Made by a program: the position numbers and the translations under genes. Below are positions 63,281 to 64,000 of a stretch of DNA of 64,000 nt, one piece after another. The notes below the pieces were generated by a model. The model was not told the DNA's origin, did not search any database, and worked only from the letters and a program-made list of their open reading frames with translations. Each line of letters begins with the position of its first letter. The stretch's first letter is position 1. The stretch spans positions 114,700,001-114,764,000 of the forward strand of contig OX597818.1 in NCBI GenBank assembly GCA_951406725.2. The letters run 5' to 3'. Source of the DNA: Octopus vulgaris. Taxonomy: Eukaryota.

Positions 63281-63592
63281 GGCACTCTGTCGGTTACGAC
63301 GACGAGGTTTCCATATGATTCGATCAACGGAACAGCCTGCTCGTAAAATTAACGTGCAAGTGGCTGAGCACACCACAGACACGTGTACCCTTACCGTAGT
63401 TCTCGGGGAGATGCAGGGTAGCACAGAGTGTGACAAGGCTGGCCCTTTGAAATACAGGTACAACAGAAACAGGAAGAGTGGAAGTTGTAGTGAAAGAGTA
63501 CAGCAGGGTTCGCCACCACACCCTGCTGGAGCCTCATGGATTTTAAGGTGTTTTCGCTCAATAAACACTCACATCGCTCGGTCTGAGAACCA
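63281..63592 (-). mobile_element. SINE family C, 5'-truncated
   Basis: GGCACTCTGTCGGTTACGACGACGAGG..GTGTGACAAGGCTGGCCCTTTGAAATACAG..CAATAAACACTCAC. Confidence 0.9.
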
Positions 63593-63599
63593 AAACTTG

Positions 63600-63780
63600 C
63601 TTAAGTCATTAGGCTTCGGCCATGTTGGAGCAGTGTCTTCAAGAATTTATTGTCGAATGAATTGAATCCAGTACTTAACTACTTTTAAGTTTGGTATATA
63701 TTCTATCGGTAACTTTAGCCAAACCGCTAGGTTACGGAGTGGTAAACATTAACAGCAGTAATGAGGGAAAACATAGACAC

Positions 63781-63819
<39 letters not shown>

Positions 63820-63985
63820 TATATATATGAATTTGCGACAGGCTTCTTTTAGTTTCCGCCTACCAAATCCACTCACATGGCTTTGGTCAGCCCGAGGCTA
63901 TAGTAGACGACACTTGCACAAGATGCTACGCAGTGGGAGTGAACCCGTAACCATTTGGTTGGGAAGCAAGCTACACTTGTGCCTC
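63600..63985 (-). mobile_element. SINE family A, diverged
   Basis: GTTTCCGCCTACCAAATCCACTCAC..CCCGAGGCTATAGTAGA. Confidence 0.8.
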
Positions 63986-64000
63986 ATAAAAAAATAAATA

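Overview
Eukaryotic, AT-rich, repeat-saturated genomic DNA. The SINE families and the extreme microsatellite density strongly suggest an octopus (coleoid cephalopod) genome; this is inferred from repeat content, not from a search. Only one convincing host coding exon is visible: 13827-14157 (+), a coiled-coil protein of unrecognised family ending in a GTAAG donor, with no downstream exon found. The rest is (TA)n/(CA)n/(TATC)n/(TAA)n/(GA)n microsatellite, three high-copy SINE families and transposon remnants. The remnants are a full-length dead mariner, a maT/DD37D element, a piggyBac derivative, MITEs, CR1-like LINE 3' ends and three restriction-like-endonuclease (RLE) non-LTR retroelement fragments. 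The most striking signal is RNA structure. The 3' UTR of a HERO-like RLE retroelement (52021-52132, minus) holds all three hammerhead-ribozyme core segments with matching stems I and III, but in a non-circularly permuted (pseudoknotted) order. Several (TA)n-embedded mini-elements and fold-back repeats also carry minimal Penelope-type hammerheads. Coordinates were read by eye; element boundaries may be off by a few bases.
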